A stretch of 62,115 nt of DNA, the filler included. It is 13 parts of 13 records of this genome, joined end to end, with 100 filler letters (N's around TTAATTAATTAA, not from the genome) between each part and the next. Parts side by side here need not be neighbours in the genome. Positions count along the whole stretch, not along the records: positions 52,175 to 58,346 come from SRR7504441_63910; positions 58,447 to 62,115 come from SRR7504441_63911; 11 more parts are not named here. One strand, 5' to 3'. Positions within the stretch are counted from its first letter, which is position 1. Each line of letters starts with the position of its first letter. Below the pieces are notes generated by a model, which was not told where the DNA came from, ran no database searches, and worked only from the letters and a program-made list of their open reading frames with translations. The position numbers and the translations under genes are program-made. Positions 56,160 to 62,115 of the stretch are shown piece by piece.

Positions 56160-58238
56160 ATGGCGGCAGAGCATCTGTGTGGTGAGTGTGCGGGGCTAGT
56201 GGGTGTAGATCAGTGCGGGTGGCAGGCGGGGTTTGGCTCAACAGCCCACCGGTGTCGCCGACGCGCGCTAGTCCGAGTCCAGCGCCCTCCTCCGGCGGGC
56301 TGTTAGGCAGTTACCTTCAGGGGGTTTACCACGAAGACGAGCTGCGCCGCTCCAAAGTGCGGCCTCCCGCAGAGAGCTCAGGTGAAGGAGGTGTACAGGT
56401 CCCTGCCGCATATTGGGCACTGCGCGACATCATTCAAGACGAGAACCCTGGACTCTCGATTGTGAGCAAGCCCGGTGCGCTCGTCTGATGTGCCACAGGC
56501 GAACGGGCCGGACATTCCGGGGCTGGACGCGATCCTCTGGCTGCTCGATCACGGGGACAGGCTGCTCAAGTGCCGGTGGCTCTGCTGCTGGGCCCGCGGT
56601 CCTGACCGGTCGGGCAGTTCGGTGCTGCAGCTGCTTTGGGCGATCTGGTCCGACTCGGAGCTCGGAGAGTTGCGCCGGCTGGTCGGGGACGCTCTGAACG
56701 CGGCGGTCGAGCACGGGCAGGAGCCAACCAGCGGGTTCGACCCGGAGAGCCCCGAAGCCAAAGCGCTCCAGCTGTGTGTCAGTGAGGAGCCGACTGAGGT
56801 GGACGGGCTGCTTGTGAGCTCCGGCACTGAGCTGCTTTTCCACTGGTGGCTGTTCGGGGACGAGGCTCTGCAGCTGGCGGCCGCCCGGGCCATATCCATC
56901 GCACAAGGTAGATCGTTTGATCCGTTGAACTCTTTCCACGACCACGCGATGAACCTGGCACTCCAGCAGGAATCGATGCAAGCTCGTGTGATTCCACCCA
57001 ATCGGCACAAGTTCGTCCGTTCGAGCATTCTGCCCTGGCTCTGTGCGATCTTCGCAGAGAAGACCCCGGCGCCTCCGTCGGCCGGCCCGGGAGCTGCCCG
57101 AGCGATTGCGATGATCATGGGACAGTCTGAGTTCATGCCAGAATCCAGTCCGGTGGACAAGGCATTGCTCGAAGAAATGCTCTCGATGTACCACTATGGA
57201 CGGCCGCATCGGGCCATCGGAGACAAAGTGCTCGAGCACACCAAGCGGCGATGTCTGGTGCTTGGCCATAGCGGTGACACTGGCATGTCACAGCTGCTTG
57301 CTCCAGTTTGCCATGCGCTCCGCTCCCACGGGCACGATGTTGTTTGCGCGGCCAAATTCAGTTCGAGGGAGACTCTTTGTGAACTGCGCGATGCTGGGGT
57401 TTACTGCTTGCCGCTGGACTTTGGCTCTGGCTCTGTCACGATGGCGGCTCAATTGCCTGAGCAAGTAGACTTGGTGTTCCTGCTGGTCTTCAACCCGAGC
57501 CATCTAGCCGCCACCCAGCCTGACGCGCCCCCTGTCTGGAAGCTCAACAACAATGCGGTCAGCGATATCGTCCGCAGGTACGCAGGCAAAGCTGACATTA
57601 TCCATGGTTCGTCGGCATCTGTCTACGGCTATCAGCCTGGCAACGGACTTTCTTCAGAGGCTGACAATCCGGCGCCGCAATCAGAGTATGCTAAATCAAT
57701 GACTGCGCAGGAGCAACTGGTAGACACAGTCGCAGCCGCAGTGGGCAACACCAGAGTGGTCCACCTTCGGTTTTTCAACATTGACAGCATTGAAAGTGGC
57801 CCTGTGCGTGTGATGGCTGAGTCAGTGCTGCGCGGCGAATCTCTCGGAGAGTTTCCAGATGAAAGGATGCAGGTGCTCGCATTGGCTGATGCTGTCCGGT
57901 GTACCCTGCTGGCGCCCCTGTGCGCCAGTTCCACCCCTCTTACGGTCAACGTCTGCCATCCGAAAGTGTGGACCCGGGAGCAGCTCGCCAATCACATTGC
58001 CCTCGAGTTGGGGAGCATCCGGTTTGGCAACAAGCACTGCGCTGGTCCCTCCCACCGGGGTCTGAACAGCGAAGAGCGTGGGATTGTTCAATTCAATCCA
58101 CTGAAAAACTCTGAAGCTGTATCCCTGTGCGGTGACGCTCAGACGATGATTCAGTGCTTTGGAGAGCCACAAGAGAGCATCGTCACTTTGATCCGAGAGG
58201 TCTGCCACGACGTCGTTATTGAGGCTGCTGGCTTCTGA
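56160..58238 (+). CDS. Atypical extended SDR / NAD-dependent epimerase with a long N-terminal extension
   Basis: CLVLGHSGDTG Rossmann motif, GSSASVYG, SEYAKS, HLRFFN, TVNV. The 5' exons are inferred. Confidence 0.7.
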
Positions 58239-58316
58239 GTACCCTCACTGCGTACGGGTACACATGATCGCTTGCCCGTCCAGTACGATCAGTGGACGAA
58301 TACTTAATACAGATGA

Positions 58317-58337
58317 GTACGAGTACTCGTACGAGTA
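58317..58337. repeat. Second copy of the 21-nt palindromic element GTACGAGTACTCGTACGAGTA
   Basis: Identical to 41464-41484 on a different contig, again just 3' of a stop codon. Confidence 0.85.
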
Positions 58338-58446
58338 AAATCAATTNNNNNNNNNNNNNNNNNNNNNNNNNNNNNNNNNNNNNNNNNNNNTTAATTAATT
58401 AANNNNNNNNNNNNNNNNNNNNNNNNNNNNNNNNNNNNNNNNNNNN

Positions 58447-61400
58447 CCAGGAACCAGCCGGTGTCTTGAGCCGGGGAGGAGGGCCGGACGGTCCGGGAGT
58501 CGGGGTGATGAGCGAGGTGGCCGTGGTCCGAGTCCAGGGGCTCCGGCCGCCAGACTGCGAGCCCGGCCAGGTGCCCCGCCGGCCCGGCCCGGCTTGAGGC
58601 GGTCACAGGAGCGCGAGCTGCGCAAGATGCTGCTGGGGCCACTGGCCAAGAAGTTCGCCGACATGTCGCTGGGCGAGGTCGAGATGCACCCGTGGGCTGG
58701 AGTGGCCTACTTCAGCTTCAAGGCCCGCGCGTGCAACGGCGGCCAGATCGTCGAGCAGCTGAACCACTGGGCAAAGCTTGCCACCAACATTCGGGGCGAT
58801 CCGGTGCGCCGCCTGCTTGCCCAGCGGCTCACCGGGGTGGCTGGAATAGCTCAACTGGCGGTTTGAAGATGCCACCTACTTCAACAGCCGGCGGGATATG
58901 CTCACGTTTGAGCAGGGTACGCGAGGATCGGCCGACAGACAGTTCGAGTCCGAGGAAGTGTCCAGCATCCCCAGGCTGCTCCACGAGTGCTGGCCGGACT
59001 GGCCGGTCCGCCCGGTAGGTTGGCCCGACGGGCCGGTGTTTGACAGTGCGGCCAGCCGGAGCAGGAGGGCAGCTCGTTCCAGGTCAGATTTGAAGCGAGT
59101 GGCGTGATCGTCCTCTGCAACAGCATCTCATTCTTAGACTACCGGTGCGCCCCCGGGCACAGCTGGGCCGAGACCGCTGGGGCAGACGGCACAAGGAGGT
59201 GCTCGGGGTGCCGTCTGGGATCGTCAACTTGGCCAACGTCACACTGTGAGAGCATTGCTGCCTGCTGCCTGTCACGGGGCGGCAGGTTCAACACTCCGGT
59301 GTTCATTGCGAATACCGAGAACGGGCAGCTGATCGGAGTGTTCTGCGCCACCGAAATGCAGAAGACGGATGACAAGGAGTGGGACATCAAGCTGGCCAGA
59401 GTGCACTGGCTCCCCGTGCTTGATTGGTGCGACTACCGCCAGGTGCCCTGCCACACTGCGGCGCTCAACTGGCCGCAGATCCTACGGTGCCGTCCTAAAG
59501 GGCAGCACAACTCGGACGCCCCCCCGCGGGACCTACACGACGCCTCGCAGCAGCTGGAGCCAAACCAGGTGTCACAGGCCGATGCGCTCCTGGCTCAGTC
59601 GTAAGTGCAGATCGATGAGCTGTTGAGTGTCTTCATGCGACGTCAGGGCGAATCGTGCGCGCTGGCGGCTCGGAATGGATTCATTTCAGAGTTCACAATC
59701 TCCCAAAATCCGGCAGACGCATTGGAGGCAACAAAGGCTGCTGCTGACGCCAGCGATAGCAGCGACGAAGACGACTGTGACGAGGAAGCAATGACGTGTG
59801 AAAGCCTTGAAAAAAGAAATCCCAAGAAGATGCGGCAGCTGCTTTATGGCCGGAACACGTTTGTGTGCGGCGACAGCGTAATGCGCTGTGTCTATAAGGA
59901 TTTGGTCGTGATGATGAAAAGCAAGGTGCCCCGCTCCGTCGCCAGATCTGAGCTGCCTGACAGGACCTAGTGAAGGCAGAGGAGCTTCGCCGAAAGGGCG
60001 AGCCGGAGTTTCAGCAGGACGAGCTTGTGCGGCTGGGCTGCGGGAATAGCGGGGTTGCAACCAACCAGGTGAGCTGGGCGTTACTGTGCTGACATTAGAG
60101 CAGGTCACACACGAGGAGGTGAGACGGTCAGTGATTCAACATAAGCAGGATGAGGCCATTATAGAGTACCACTTTGCCACGCGGTGCTACCCGGAAAAGG
60201 CACACGACAAGAGTGTCGGAGGGTTCCAGGTGGCGGCCTGCTGCTGCGACAGCTCACTGTTGTTTTAGGTTCTCGAGATGTTCAAAGCTATTGAGCGAGC
60301 CACAGCAAAGAACGGCCGCCCCCCGATCTTGATTATGGGATCGGCCCTGTGGGACGTGTCACGGTACCATAAAGGCGGCGACCGATCAGCGCCTCATTTG
60401 GCCACCATGTCAAGTCTGCGCCAGTACCACAAACTGTTGTGGCAGCTGGTGAAGGCGGTCAAGACCAGATTCTCAGGGCTCGTGCTGTGGCTTACTGGCA
60501 CTCCGGCTGTGCCTCGGTACAACGGCCCACTGTTTGACAACGGGGCTAATACCCAAGCTAGCTACGTGCAATGCCAAATGCTGAGCAAGTACATGCCGCT
60601 GGCCAACGAGGTGGCCAAGCTCACCTTGACAAAAGCCCCAACCAATGTGCGCAGCCTGTTGTGCGAGGTGCTGACTTGAGTGTGTGCCAGCTGCCCGGGT
60701 TGAAGAGCAAGACAAAGCTGTGTGTGGTCGACACCTGGAATTCAGCCGTGAGGGAGCTCAGTAGGAGGCAGAATGACGGGGTGCACTGGGACTCAAAGAT
60801 GCATCGCAAGTTCACCTGGCTGATCATCAAAGCGCTCAAGGAGCAGCACAAAGATGATCTCAATAGAGCTCAGGCCCCGAGTTGGCCCTCCAGCCAACCC
60901 TCGAGTCGGCCCACAAGTCGTGTCAACATACCACGTGGCCCTCATCCAGCTGCACTCACACAGCCATTTCAACATGCAGACATACTCTTCCCAGCGCCAG
61001 AAGTGAAACTTGCTGTTCCTGCCGGAAAGCCTCCTAAACCATCCAATCAATCTAAGCAAGCTGGCCAGGACCGCCGCAAAAAGGCTGCAGCTGCCAAGCG
61101 CCAGGGGGTGCAGAGCAAGGCTGAACGAAATGGCCGCAAACAGGCGACCAAAGATGACAACGCCAAACGAGAATCTGCAATATCACTGCTTTCTTCAGAC
61201 GAGGATGAGCCAAATCAAGCGGCTCCGTCAGTACAGCAGAGCGAGCTGGATGAGCCGCTGGCTGAGGAGATTATTGAGGAGGTTGAACAGATTATAGACA
61301 ACAGGACTCGGGGCGAACGCATAGAATATAGAATTCGCTGGAAGGGTTATGGGCCGGGGGATGACACTTGGGAACCTGAGGGCAATTTGGAATGTCCGAC

Positions 61401-62115
61401 GCTGCTGCACAGCTATTGGGCACACAAAGCTGAGGACCTTAAGAAGGAGAGCGGCAGCAGCAGCAGTGAAGGCGACTGCAAGGTGTCAGATCGCATCTGA
61501 TTGTCTTGAGCACTGCAGATGCAGGTGTATAACGCTGATCCTGCCGATATCGGACCAGATGCAGCTGATGCAGCTGCGAACCAAGCTGAGGAAGCCATCG
61601 CCTTTCCCGACTCAGAAGACGAACCAGTAAAGGAACGTGCCCTGAAACCCAAAGCGGGGAGGAAACGTGCCACCATATCCAGCAGGTGAGACTGCGGCAT
61701 TAACTTAGCTCTCTGACTGCTCGGCGGGGCAGTGAGAATGATGACGAGAGGCCGAAGCAACCGACTCCAGAGGGTGGCAGTCAGATCAAGCTTGACCACC
61801 GGAAGAAGCAGCTATCAGCAGGACGCAACGACTCTGGGCAGTTAGATGGCGGAAGCAGGAGCAGTGGCAACAAGCCTCTCGATCAGACAGCGGCCAAGTC
61901 AAATGTAGACGACCTGCCGGAGGTCTGTGACGCACTGGAGGACCTGCCTAGTATGGATCTACACCAACCACAGCCCCAGTCACAGTCGCTGAGAGGTGAC
62001 ATGCCACGACCTGCAGTCTCTAACCGTGCTTGCTGCAGATCTGGGATTGGACACTCAGAGCACCGGATCAGCAGCATTAAGGCAGGGCGAGGCGAAGAGG
62101 ATGGCCGCGGATAAG
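58447..62115 (+). CDS. Multidomain protein: DCD-like + PCED1/FAM113-type SGNH esterase + chromodomain; many introns; both ends truncated or uncertain
   Basis: RQLLYGRNTFVCGDSVMRCVYKDLV, MGSALWDVSRY and NDGVHW…HRKFT (PC-esterase); EQIIDNR…EYRIRWKGYGPGDDTWEPEGNLEC (chromodomain); GVIVLCN…LGVP…TPVFIAN…QLIGVF (DCD-like). Confidence 0.8.

Overview
This is eukaryotic DNA from an unidentified, gene-dense, GC-rich protist-like genome. It is not one locus: 13 short contigs are joined by 12 artificial 100-nt linkers (44 N + TTAATTAATTAA + 44 N), so gene neighbourhood only means something within a contig. I can support about 30 protein-coding genes. Many are split by very short (~35-60 nt) spliceosomal introns, some with GC donors, which explains the fragmented ORF track. 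Clearly recognisable genes: GH18 hydrolase, JmjC hydroxylase, PLAC8 protein, COG0523/CobW metallochaperone, LRR multi-pass membrane protein, TBC protein, FN3-repeat protein, GMC oxidoreductase, 2OG-Fe(II) oxygenase, AEC transporter, TRPV-like channel, Piezo, Rab-like GTPase, RCC1-repeat protein, TPT/NST transporter, P2X receptor, RRM protein, EF-hand proteins, MAPR/cyt-b5 protein, secreted G6PD homolog, PEX7, OTU deubiquitinase, MIOS (GATOR2) and an atypical SDR. Best candidates for new biology: (1) a compact three-gene putative Zn/Cd homeostasis cluster (CadD/MntP-like exporter, PLAC8, COG0523); (2) a UIM-OTU-PB1 deubiquitinase ending in an ATG8-interacting motif; (3) a DCD + PCED1-type SGNH esterase + chromodomain fusion; (4) a 2OG oxygenase with a RAP74-like winged helix; (5) a secreted G6PD homolog with an altered substrate motif. 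I saw no rRNA, tRNA, CRISPR array or transposase. All family calls come from motif recognition by eye, not from database searches.
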